Positions 48,320 to 55,565 of a stretch of DNA of 64,000 bases are shown in pieces. The notes under the pieces are model-generated. The model was not told where the DNA came from. It worked only from the letters and a program-made list of their open reading frames with translations, and did no database searches. The position numbers and the translations under genes are program-made. The stretch covers positions 32,001-96,000 of the IMG/VR virus record IMGVR_UViG_3300013121_000039. The stretch is one strand, 5' to 3'. Within the stretch, counting starts at the first letter, position 1, and each line of letters begins with the position of its first letter. The stretch is from a virus. Taxonomy: Duplodnaviria; Caudoviricetes.

Positions 48320-48987
48320 TGGGGAAGATCATCGGCATCATGGGCCAGGCGCGGGCAGGGAAGGACTCCATCGCTGCCTACCTGGCCGAGAACTACAACG
48401 CAGTCCGCCTCGGCCTCGCAGACCCCATGAAGCGCTTCTGCAAGGAGGTCTTCGACTTCTCCGACGAGCAGCTCTACGGGGACCAGCGAGACGTTTTCGA
48501 CATCCGGTACAAGCGCCTCTCCAAGACCAAGGCCGGGCTCCCGGTCTCTGCCACCAACCTCACGGCAAGGTACGCCCTCCAGACGCTCGGCACGGAGTGG
48601 GGCCGGAACTGCTACGAGAACGTCTGGATCGACTACGGCATCCGTGTCGCGCAGGAGCTGCTCCGAGATCCGTACCGCCGCTACACGGTGGAGCAGGGGC
48701 TGTACCTCGGAGCCAGCCCTCGCCCGACTGCCGGCGTCGTCTTCTCCGACCTGCGCTTCCGCAACGAGTTCGAGGCGGTGAAGAAGGCAGGAGGCTTCCT
48801 GGTCCGGGTCTACCGCCCAGGGGCAGACGGGGAGACGGCCGGGGTGTCCAAGCACGCCTCGGAGGAGGAGCAGAAGACCATCAAGGACGAGGAGTTCGAC
48901 CTCATCCTCCGCAACAACGACACCCTCTCGCACCTCCACATGCTCGTGCGAGAGGAGCTCGCCCCGAGGGTCGGTCTCCTCCCATGA
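48319..48987 (+). CDS. Deoxynucleoside monophosphate kinase
   Basis: GQARAGKDS, LADPMK, RYALQTLGTEWGR, SDLRFRNE and HASE motifs. Confidence 0.92.
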   Translation: MGKIIGIMGQARAGKDSIAAYLAENYNAVRLGLADPMKRFCKEVFDFSDEQLYGDQRDVFDIRYKRLSKTKAGLPVSATNLTARYALQTLGTEWGRNCYENVWIDYGIRVAQELLRDPYRRYTVEQGLYLGASPRPTAGVVFSDLRFRNEFEAVKKAGGFLVRVYRPGADGETAGVSKHASEEEQKTIKDEEFDLILRNNDTLSHLHMLVREELAPRVGLLP

Positions 48988-49367
48988 GGACGGACAACCC
49001 CTATGACTCTCCGCGAGTGCTTCGAGCCGTTCTCGAAGAGATCATAGAGCGCCTCCAGGTCGGGTTCGAATCCTTGAGGTTCGACCCGGCCTTTCTTCAA
49101 CTGCTCCAGAATGCCGCCGACCAGTACTGCTGGGCCATCGCGTACAGAGGGGTACCTCTCCTCCGGCTCATCACCATCGAGGCGAGCCTCTCCACTACCG
49201 AGGAAGGGGTGGTGAACTTCACCTTCCGCCCCCGGTCGGAAGATGGTCGGTGGCTGCTGGAGAAGATGGACCTCGTGGAGAAGGCCCCAGAGCTGCCGAC
49301 CGTGAAGGAGATCCACGAGAAGGCTGAGGCGCAGGGCATCAAGATCACCCGCATCGTGGAGATCTAG
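48984..49367 (+). CDS. Hypothetical protein
   Basis: ATGA coupling; 127 aa. Confidence 0.6.
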   Translation: MRTDNPYDSPRVLRAVLEEIIERLQVGFESLRFDPAFLQLLQNAADQYCWAIAYRGVPLLRLITIEASLSTTEEGVVNFTFRPRSEDGRWLLEKMDLVEKAPELPTVKEIHEKAEAQGIKITRIVEI

Positions 49368-49368
49368 C

Positions 49369-49572
49369 GTGAGAGGGCGACTGGCCTTCATTGGCAAGAA
49401 GCTGAAGCACGTCTGGCTCCGGATCAGGTTCGGCACCATCACCGCCAAAGTCACAGGCACTGCGGGGGACAATGTCCCCGCGGAGATCGAGTTCTACGGA
49501 CGAGGTGGGAAGCTGATCGGCTTCTGGGCCTACGGCTCGTTCCATCCCAAGTTCCCCTACCAGGGAGAGTGA
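49369..49572 (+). CDS. Hypothetical protein
   Basis: 67 aa, in operon. Confidence 0.55.
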   Translation: MRGRLAFIGKKLKHVWLRIRFGTITAKVTGTAGDNVPAEIEFYGRGGKLIGFWAYGSFHPKFPYQGE

Positions 49573-49573
49573 C

Positions 49574-49804
49574 ATGGACCGCGACGCCAACCGCGGGCTG
49601 TATCAGAAGTACATCGTGAAGCGTGCCGACGGCAGTCACCGGCGCGGACAGAAGCACGAACGCTGCAAGTACTTCGTGCTCGACCTCATCCACGACAAGT
49701 TCGCCGCGCCGGCCCTCTTGGCCTACGCCCTGGCGTGCGAGTCCACCTACCCCGAGCTCTCTCGGGACCTCAAGCACATCGTCAAGACGATGGGAGGAGT
49801 CTGA
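49574..49804 (+). CDS. Small phage-type protein
   Basis: GLYQKYIVKR-DG...YFVLDL-HD-FA-PALLAYA. Confidence 0.7.
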   Translation: MDRDANRGLYQKYIVKRADGSHRRGQKHERCKYFVLDLIHDKFAAPALLAYALACESTYPELSRDLKHIVKTMGGV

Positions 49805-49806
49805 CC

Positions 49807-50751
49807 ATGGAGAAGGGTTTCACCCAGAAGATCCTGGACCACGGCTACGTGAAGTTCATCGACAGCATGGGCACCGACGAGACCATCGTCGAGGCGGCGC
49901 GCATGTCCACCAACAAGGGCTTCATCTCGTGGGAGCCCTACCGCGAGTGCTCGAAGTGCGGGCGGGTCGAGGCCCCGCTGATCGACCTCCCGAACTTCTT
50001 CGCAGGCGCCAAGGACTGCGAGCACAAGTGGGTGGAGAAGCCAGACGGCGACACCGGCTTCCTGGAGTTCCTCCTGGAGAACCGCCACACCTCGCCCTTC
50101 GAGCAGGTGGAGCTGGCCATCGAGGTGCAGGCGCCCATCTTCGTCTACCGCGAGTGGCACCGGCACCGGACCCAGTCCTACAACGAGCTCTCGGCGCGCT
50201 ACACGCAGATGCCGAACCTGCACTACGTCCCCGACGCCAGCCGGCTCAAGGCGGTGGCGTCGGCGAACAAGCAGGAGGCCAGCGTCGGCGACGGCTTCGC
50301 GGACCCGGACACGGCTCTCGAAGAGATCATGGCCGAGCAGCAGCGCATCTACGACAACTACGAGGACATGCTGAAGCACGGGGTCCCGAAGGAGATCGCC
50401 CGGGTCAACACCCCCGTATCCCGCTACTCGCGGATGCGCGCCAAGACGGACATCTGGAACTGGCTCCACTTCCTGAACCTCCGCATGCGCCCCAACGCCA
50501 TGTGGGAGATCCGCCAGTTCGCCAACGCGGTGGCCGCCATCATCGAGGAGCAGTTCCCGAAGACCTACTGGCTCTTCGAGGAGTACATGCTCCACGCCCA
50601 GAGCTTCAGCCGCACCGAGATGAAGGTGCTGCGGAAGTTCTTCGCCACCCGGATGCAGCTCGACGGCCTCACGGACCTCATGGCGGGTGAGGTCGAGTCC
50701 AGGCCGAACGCCGTGAAGCGCGTTCGGACGCTCCTCGAAAAGCTCAAGTAG
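49807..50751 (+). CDS. thyX: Flavin-dependent thymidylate synthase
   Basis: HTSPFE, REWHRHR-x-SYNELSARY, KEIAR and AMWEIR; CSKC insert. Confidence 0.95.
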   Translation: MEKGFTQKILDHGYVKFIDSMGTDETIVEAARMSTNKGFISWEPYRECSKCGRVEAPLIDLPNFFAGAKDCEHKWVEKPDGDTGFLEFLLENRHTSPFEQVELAIEVQAPIFVYREWHRHRTQSYNELSARYTQMPNLHYVPDASRLKAVASANKQEASVGDGFADPDTALEEIMAEQQRIYDNYEDMLKHGVPKEIARVNTPVSRYSRMRAKTDIWNWLHFLNLRMRPNAMWEIRQFANAVAAIIEEQFPKTYWLFEEYMLHAQSFSRTEMKVLRKFFATRMQLDGLTDLMAGEVESRPNAVKRVRTLLEKLK

Positions 50752-50768
50752 AGGACGCCATAAGAGAG
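50737..50768 (+). promoter_or_regulatory. Putative phage-RNAP promoter GAAAA-N18-ATAAG
   Basis: Consensus spacing. Confidence 0.55.
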
Positions 50769-50785
50769 GTGGAGGAACTCTTAGC

Positions 50786-51439
50786 ATGTACAACTACGAG
50801 AGCTGCCCCATTGCCCCGTGGGTGGCCGAGATCGTGACCAGGATGCACGAGGCCGCGGCCGCAGGCACCCCAGTGGTCAACCTCTCCTACACGCACCCTC
50901 GCGGCTACATCCCCAACCAGATCATCAGACGTCCAGAAGTCCGGAAGGTCATGGCCGGGTGGAGCTACGACAACGCCAGAACGGCCCCCACCCCGATACC
51001 GGACCACTGGTTCCTGCCCCCTGGTATCGACATCGCCTACGGCCCGCTCGCTCCGTTCGAGCAGGAGATCGCTCGTAGGGAGGCCGAGGCAGCCCAGGAG
51101 GCTGCGGCCAAGACCGCGATGGATGGGGAGAGGCACATCTCCGTCATCGACCTGACCACGTTCCACCCCAGGGGTGGAATCCCGCTCGTCGTCATGGCGA
51201 GACTGTCTCGACGGAAGTCGAAGACCTGGCGGACGGAGATGCTCGCCGAGATCGAGCGGCTCCAGGGAGAGGCCAACCGGGCCGAGGCCTTCTCTCAGAC
51301 GCAGAAGGACCGGGCAGAGGCGATGGCATCCAAGGGCTCCGACCCCAACCCGCTCCTCGCCTCTGCTCAGAGGGAGCTGGAGAAGGCCGCCACGGCCAGG
51401 GCGCAGATCGTGATGATCAAGAAGGAGATGGGCTCGTGA
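50786..51439 (+). CDS. Hypothetical protein with C-terminal coiled-coil
   Basis: GGAGG RBS; 217 aa. Confidence 0.7.
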   Translation: MYNYESCPIAPWVAEIVTRMHEAAAAGTPVVNLSYTHPRGYIPNQIIRRPEVRKVMAGWSYDNARTAPTPIPDHWFLPPGIDIAYGPLAPFEQEIARREAEAAQEAAAKTAMDGERHISVIDLTTFHPRGGIPLVVMARLSRRKSKTWRTEMLAEIERLQGEANRAEAFSQTQKDRAEAMASKGSDPNPLLASAQRELEKAATARAQIVMIKKEMGS

Positions 51440-51972
51440 ACATCCCGGACTTCAACGAGCATGGCCGGCGGCAGCGGATCCAGGTCTGGTACCCGGAACT
51501 GCCGCCGTCGGCCAACGCCATCTACTTCTCAGGGACCCGGCTGACGGATACCGCTCGCGAGTACAAGGAGCGGTTCCGTCAGTACATGCAGCAGTACTAC
51601 GGGCACCAGCTCAACGAGTTCGTCGAGCCGAACGAGAAGTACACCGACCCGAAGGACGGGAAGACGAAGGACCTGCGCACGCAGGCCCCCAACCTCATCT
51701 TCGGGATCGAGCTCACCTTCTTCATGGACTGCCTCACAAGCTGGGGTGACTCGACTCTTCCCAAGAGCCGTCGAGCCAAGTTCCGCTTCGCCAAGACGGA
51801 CGTCACCAACCGCATCAAGTTCGTCGAGGACTGCTTCAAGACGGTTCTCGACATCGACGACTCCCTGACCTTCGACTCCAGGGAGCGGAAGATCCACAAC
51901 CTGGAGCAGCAGGGCGTCCACATCGACTACTTCGTGGTGCCCGTCGAGCAGTACAACCTACCGAGGATCTGA
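51436..51972 (+). CDS. RusA-like resolvase
   Basis: LPPSAN...DVTNRIK-VED...IDD pattern. Confidence 0.75.
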   Translation: MNIPDFNEHGRRQRIQVWYPELPPSANAIYFSGTRLTDTAREYKERFRQYMQQYYGHQLNEFVEPNEKYTDPKDGKTKDLRTQAPNLIFGIELTFFMDCLTSWGDSTLPKSRRAKFRFAKTDVTNRIKFVEDCFKTVLDIDDSLTFDSRERKIHNLEQQGVHIDYFVVPVEQYNLPRI

Positions 51973-52415
51973 TGCAGACGCTCAACCCGGACACTCTGCA
52001 ACCGGTGGGCGGGGATGAGCTGAGGCAGCGACAAGGTCGAACGGGGGAGTTGGGGAACGGGAAGACCGTGTTCTGCCAACCCGACCTCTCGGACCCGTAC
52101 GTCGTGCAGCACGTCTCCCGAGTCATGTGCCTCACGACGCCGTACGCCGCCTGCCTGTCCTGTGCCCATCACCGGTTCGAGTACATCTTCGCCGTCCCCC
52201 AGCAAGAGGACTGGGTGCTCTGCCCGCGCTGGAAGAACGGGGCTGACGGAGGTCCGCCGGACTACTACGTGCCGGTCTGGATGTCGGAGTGCCGTGCTAC
52301 GCCACACACGTTCTGCTGTCACTGCCCTGGCAGAGAGGAGCTCGCGGACCTCTCGACGGACAAGCAGAAGGACGGATGGCTGGAGCGGTACAGACGCTTC
52401 ACCAAGGAGGAGTAG
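51972..52415 (+). CDS. Cys-rich hypothetical protein
   Basis: TGATG coupling; many Cys. Confidence 0.65.
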   Translation: MQTLNPDTLQPVGGDELRQRQGRTGELGNGKTVFCQPDLSDPYVVQHVSRVMCLTTPYAACLSCAHHRFEYIFAVPQQEDWVLCPRWKNGADGGPPDYYVPVWMSECRATPHTFCCHCPGREELADLSTDKQKDGWLERYRRFTKEE

Positions 52416-52417
52416 AG

Positions 52418-52741
52418 ATGGTCCTTGAGGGCGACGAGCCCCTCTACGAGCTGAACGAGTCAGAGCTGCTGTGGATGGCTCGTCTTCAGGGGCTCCCGCT
52501 TCTTAGGCGAGGAATTCCGCGCGAGGAGCTCGTGGAACTCGTGTCGGGCAGCAGGGCCGTGGAGGAGAGACACCAAGCAAGCACCAACTACACGAGGGGA
52601 CGGCTCGAAGACTTCGTGCAGGCCAACATCGACCGGCTCCGTGGGCAGCTCCCAGGCTGCAACGGGCTGTGTCGAACCTTCCAGTGCACCGAAGGCAAGC
52701 ACATGTCGTGCTTCATGCCGAACGAGGCACTGCTGCTATGA
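52418..52741 (+). CDS. Cys-rich hypothetical protein
   Basis: AAGGAGG RBS. Confidence 0.65.
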   Translation: MVLEGDEPLYELNESELLWMARLQGLPLLRRGIPREELVELVSGSRAVEERHQASTNYTRGRLEDFVQANIDRLRGQLPGCNGLCRTFQCTEGKHMSCFMPNEALLL

Positions 52742-54006
52742 GCACCTACCAAGAGTGTTTCACCTGTGCGAAGGTGGGGTACTGCTCAAAGACCGACGTG
52801 CAGAAGATCTTGAGGGGGTTTGTCTGCCCACTCTTCGCTCCGGTGACGGAGCCGATCATCATGGCGCGCTGTTCGATGATCGATCAGTACGGCCCCATCC
52901 CAGCAGCCCGCGCCATGCTGCACAGGCCGCCAGACGCGAACCAGGAGGAGCATGTCCAGATGACCTACGACGCCCCGCCAGCCCAGGGGACGACGTACGC
53001 TGACCGCCGCAAGCAGCTCGAAATCATGTCCTTCACCGAGGTGCGCCTTCTCGGCAACAAGCGGTACAAGACTGCCGACGGCCAGCCCGTGTTGGACTGG
53101 GACGAGTCTCTCCAGATCGACAGGAAGTCCCAGTCCATCGAGAAGATCCTCCAGTTCGAGCTCGTGAACGGCATCATCGTCCCCGACAACCAGCAGTCCA
53201 CCCAACCGCAAGGAGCAGACCAGATGGCCCAGCAGCCCGTGCCCCCGCAGTTCCCGCCCAACGGCGCCCCCCAGATGCCGCAGGCCTTCCAGCCGCCGGC
53301 GCCCGGCGCCCAGCCGCAGCAGATGCCGATGCCGCCCAACGCCCCGCCCATGCCCCCGCAGATGGCGCCGCCGATGCAGCAGATGGCGCCCCCGCCGATG
53401 GGCCCGCCCGCCTTCCAGCCGCCCCCCGGCTTCGCCCCGCAGGCCGGCCCCGGCCCCATGGGCACCCCGCAGCTCCCGCAGACGGAGGCTCCGGCGCCCC
53501 AGGCGGGGGGCAAGAAGAAGCGGAACTCCGGCGCCGCCGCGGCGCCACCGCCGGCGCCCGCGCCCGGGCCGGGCACGCCCCCGCAGCAGCCCAACGCCCC
53601 CATGATGGCCCCGCCGGCCGGGCCCCCGGCCTTCCAGCCGGGCGGCTTCGCGCCGCCGCAGCAGGGCTTCCAGCAGCCCCAGCAGCCCGGGTTCGCGCCG
53701 CCCCAGCAGCAGGGCTTCGCGCCGCCCCAGGCCGCGCCGCAGCCGGCGCCCCAGGCCGCCGTGGACCTCACCCCGGTCCTCCAGCTCATCGACCAGGTGG
53801 GCAAGGCCGTCAACGCCCTCGGGGCCGCCGAGGGTGAGACCCTGGCGCGCCTGGAGCGGAACCTCCAGGTGCTCACCATCGGCGTCATGCACATCTACGG
53901 GTCGCAGACCCAGCTGATGCAGTGGCTCTCCGGCCAGAACAAGGCCGACGCCGTGCAGGACCCGACGAAGTTCGTCGAGTTCCTCTCCCAGTACCTCCCT
54001 CGGTAA
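52738..54006 (+). CDS. Protein with a long P/Q/A/G low-complexity region
   Basis: ATGA coupling; N-terminal Cys cluster; GFAPPQQ repeats; a separate start at MAQQP (53224, AAGGAG RBS) is possible. Confidence 0.65.
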   Translation: MSTYQECFTCAKVGYCSKTDVQKILRGFVCPLFAPVTEPIIMARCSMIDQYGPIPAARAMLHRPPDANQEEHVQMTYDAPPAQGTTYADRRKQLEIMSFTEVRLLGNKRYKTADGQPVLDWDESLQIDRKSQSIEKILQFELVNGIIVPDNQQSTQPQGADQMAQQPVPPQFPPNGAPQMPQAFQPPAPGAQPQQMPMPPNAPPMPPQMAPPMQQMAPPPMGPPAFQPPPGFAPQAGPGPMGTPQLPQTEAPAPQAGGKKKRNSGAAAAPPPAPAPGPGTPPQQPNAPMMAPPAGPPAFQPGGFAPPQQGFQQPQQPGFAPPQQQGFAPPQAAPQPAPQAAVDLTPVLQLIDQVGKAVNALGAAEGETLARLERNLQVLTIGVMHIYGSQTQLMQWLSGQNKADAVQDPTKFVEFLSQYLPR

Positions 54007-54083
54007 GGACGCCGGCAGCCGCGCCGGAGGGAGTGCCTCCTCCCTCCGGCCGGCGTCCCAATACCATCCCGCCCACGACCCTC

Positions 54084-54239
54084 ATGTCGCTGACCAGCGA
54101 CCAGACGAACGTGATGAGTGACGAGCAGCTCATCGCGTTCCTCGACTTCTACCAGGGCGTGCGGCTGCCTCAGGGCACTCCACGCTCAGTGCTGCTCTCC
54201 AAGCTGCACTCGGTCGCCATCGTCGCGAGGGACTTCTGA
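54084..54239 (+). CDS. Small helical protein
   Basis: MSLTSDQTNVMSDEQLIAFL...SVLLSKL; no clear RBS. Confidence 0.45.
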   Translation: MSLTSDQTNVMSDEQLIAFLDFYQGVRLPQGTPRSVLLSKLHSVAIVARDF

Positions 54240-54365
54240 GACGGTGAGAGAACGCGGTTACGAAATCAGGCGTCTCAGTCGCCTGTAGGGACTGCGCCAG
54301 GGGCGAGGTCAACCGCGCGAGATACCTACTCCGCGGCTCCAGCGTGAAGCCACTACCGAGCAGTG
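54237..54365 (+). ncRNA. Candidate structured RNA of unknown class
   Basis: Stems cgcggtt/aaccgcg, caggcg/cgcctg, gtagg/cctac (pseudoknot) and ccact/agtgg; no convincing CDS. Confidence 0.35.
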
Positions 54366-54406
54366 GAAGCAGGCCTGCGGCGAGTCCCCGGGCCTGCTTC
54401 TTTTTT
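54366..54406 (+). terminator. Intrinsic terminator insulating the tRNA promoter
   Basis: gaagcaggcc / ggcctgcttc followed by TTTTTT. Confidence 0.85.
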
Positions 54407-54412
54407 ACCCAC

Positions 54413-54441
54413 TTGACTCTGCGGAACGTGCTGACTAAGGT
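54413..54441 (+). promoter_or_regulatory. Sigma70-type promoter of the tRNA operon
   Basis: TTGACT-N17-TAAGGT. Confidence 0.75.
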
Positions 54442-54450
54442 GCTCCTCGC

Positions 54451-54606
54451 ATGACGCTCTTGTCGCAAACACGGTGGTCGGACTCAGTGGCCGAAAGGGC
54501 CCTGCTGTCCCACGTGTATGCGGCGATGGAGTGCGCCACCCTCGTGGCCTCCAAGCGCGACCCCCAGGCCCAGATCCCGTTCAACGGTAGCAGGCCCGGC
54601 CCATAG
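54451..54606 (+). CDS. Putative attenuator leader peptide (51 aa, all 20 amino acids)
   Basis: MTLLSQTRWSDSVAERALLSHVYAAMECATLVASKRDPQAQIPFNGSRPGP; ATG 9 nt after the -10 box; no RBS. Confidence 0.65.
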   Translation: MTLLSQTRWSDSVAERALLSHVYAAMECATLVASKRDPQAQIPFNGSRPGP

Positions 54607-54645
54607 AAGAACCACTCCAGAGTGGACCCCTTCTAGAGGCCGGGC
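54594..54645 (+). promoter_or_regulatory. Antiterminator hairpin
   Basis: gcccggcc/ggccgggc, tagaag/cttcta and ccact/agtgg nested stems. Confidence 0.7.
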
Positions 54646-54674
54646 GAGCAAAGGCTCCCCGGCCTCTTCGTTTT
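54635..54674 (+). terminator. Attenuator terminator
   Basis: agaggccggg-c-gagc / gctc-cccggcctct followed by TCGTTTT. Confidence 0.75.
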
Positions 54675-54708
54675 CCTGAGGAGGCACGGATGAAACGACA
54701 ACCGACAT

Positions 54709-54780
54709 AGGTCCCCATGCCCAAGGCTGGCGAGCTGGTCTCCAAAACCGGCTGGGAGGGTTCGATTCCCTCGGGACCTG
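54709..54780 (+). tRNA. tRNA-Trp(CCA)
   Basis: Cloverleaf; ctggt-CT-CCA-AA-accgg; atypical D-arm. Confidence 0.8.
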
Positions 54781-54786
54781 CTGTAC

Positions 54787-54860
54787 GCCCTGGTAGCTCA
54801 GCTGGTAGCAGCGCCGCACTCGTAATGCGGAGGTCGCCGGTTCGACTCCGGCTCAGGGCT
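54787..54860 (+). tRNA. tRNA-Thr(CGT)
   Basis: Cloverleaf; ccgca-CT-CGT-AA-tgcgg. Confidence 0.9.
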
Positions 54861-54871
54861 CACAAGAAGAT

Positions 54872-54947
54872 GCGGCTCTAGCTCAGCTGGTAGAGCGCTG
54901 CCTTGCCAAGGCAGAGGTCGCGGGTTCGATTCCCGTGAGCCGCTCCA
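54872..54947 (+). tRNA. tRNA-Gly(GCC)
   Basis: Cloverleaf with encoded CCA. Confidence 0.95.
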
Positions 54948-54951
54948 GTAC

Positions 54952-55033
54952 GGGGACGTTGACGGTAAGGGTACCGACGCCGGCTGTAAACCGGCTCTCC
55001 TTGAGCAACCTGGTTCGAGTCCAGGCGGCCCCA
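54952..55033 (+). tRNA. tRNA-Tyr(GTA)
   Basis: gccgg-CT-GTA-AA-ccggc; variable arm; one acceptor mismatch. Confidence 0.8.
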
Positions 55034-55047
55034 TTCGCAGCACCGCA

Positions 55048-55065
55048 GTTCTTTGACAACTGAAT
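55048..55065 (+). promoter_or_regulatory. rrn-type boxA antitermination element
   Basis: GTTCTTTGACAACTGAAT, AT-rich in a GC-rich context; resembles boxA GYTCTTTAACAA. Confidence 0.65.
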
Positions 55066-55086
55066 CGCAGTGACAGTGAAGATGCA

Positions 55087-55157
55087 GGGACGGGTGCGTC
55101 CCACGATGCTCTGCGCCTGAACTCGTGTCAGGAGCAACATCAGCGCGCACCCGTCCC
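55087..55157 (+). ncRNA. Long bulged hairpin RNA of unknown class
   Basis: 12-bp gggacgggtgcg / cgcacccgtccc stem; apical cctga/tcagg. Confidence 0.5.
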
Positions 55158-55168
55158 AGCAGTACTTC

Positions 55169-55239
55169 GCGTCTCTAGCTCTGGGGAGAGCAGTGGCCTT
55201 TTAAGCCGAAAGAAGTGGGTTCGACTCCCACGGGACGCA
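55169..55239 (+). tRNA. tRNA-Lys(TTT)
   Basis: tggc-CT-TTT-AA-gccg; short D-loop. Confidence 0.8.
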
Positions 55240-55244
55240 CACAC

Positions 55245-55320
55245 GCCTGCGTAACTCAACTGGTAGAGTACTCGGCTCTTAACCGAGAAGTTGTGGGTTC
55301 GACTCCCTCCGCAGGTACCA
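55245..55320 (+). tRNA. tRNA-Lys(CTT)
   Basis: Cloverleaf with CCA. Confidence 0.92.
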
Positions 55321-55323
55321 TCT

Positions 55324-55401
55324 TCCTCGTTGGTGCAGTCAGCTGTTGAGCACGTCGCGCTTGAAGCGCGGAGGCCCTGGCCTTGCGATCAGGACGAGGA
55401 G
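55324..55401 (+). ncRNA. Aberrant tRNA-like element, anticodon position TGA
   Basis: tcctcgt/acgagga acceptor, gtgc/gcac D stem, tcgcg/cgcgg anticodon stem; no TTCG T-loop; short variable region. Confidence 0.6.
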
Positions 55402-55407
55402 CATCAT

Positions 55408-55483
55408 GCGGCACTAGCTCAGTTGGTAGAGCGTCGGCTTCCCAAGCCGAAGGTCGCGGGTTCGAATCCCGCGTGCCGCTCCA
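55408..55483 (+). tRNA. tRNA-Gly(CCC)
   Basis: Cloverleaf with CCA. Confidence 0.95.
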
Positions 55484-55487
55484 GCAT

Positions 55488-55562
55488 GCGGGTGTAGCTC
55501 AGTGGTAGAGCTCTGGCCTTCCAAGCCGGGAGTCGACGGTTCGAATCCGTTCACCCGCTCCA
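55488..55562 (+). tRNA. tRNA-Gly(TCC)
   Basis: Cloverleaf with CCA. Confidence 0.93.
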
Positions 55563-55565
55563 TCT

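Noticed and set aside
54237-54365. Hammerhead ribozyme
   Set aside because: GAAA next to a stem is present, but there is no CTGANGA core and the A-U pair before the cleavage site does not form.
55087-55157. SRP 4.5S or 6S RNA
   Set aside because: GTCAGG-AGC resembles SRP but the GGAA-tetraloop helix is missing; too short for 6S. Kept as unknown.
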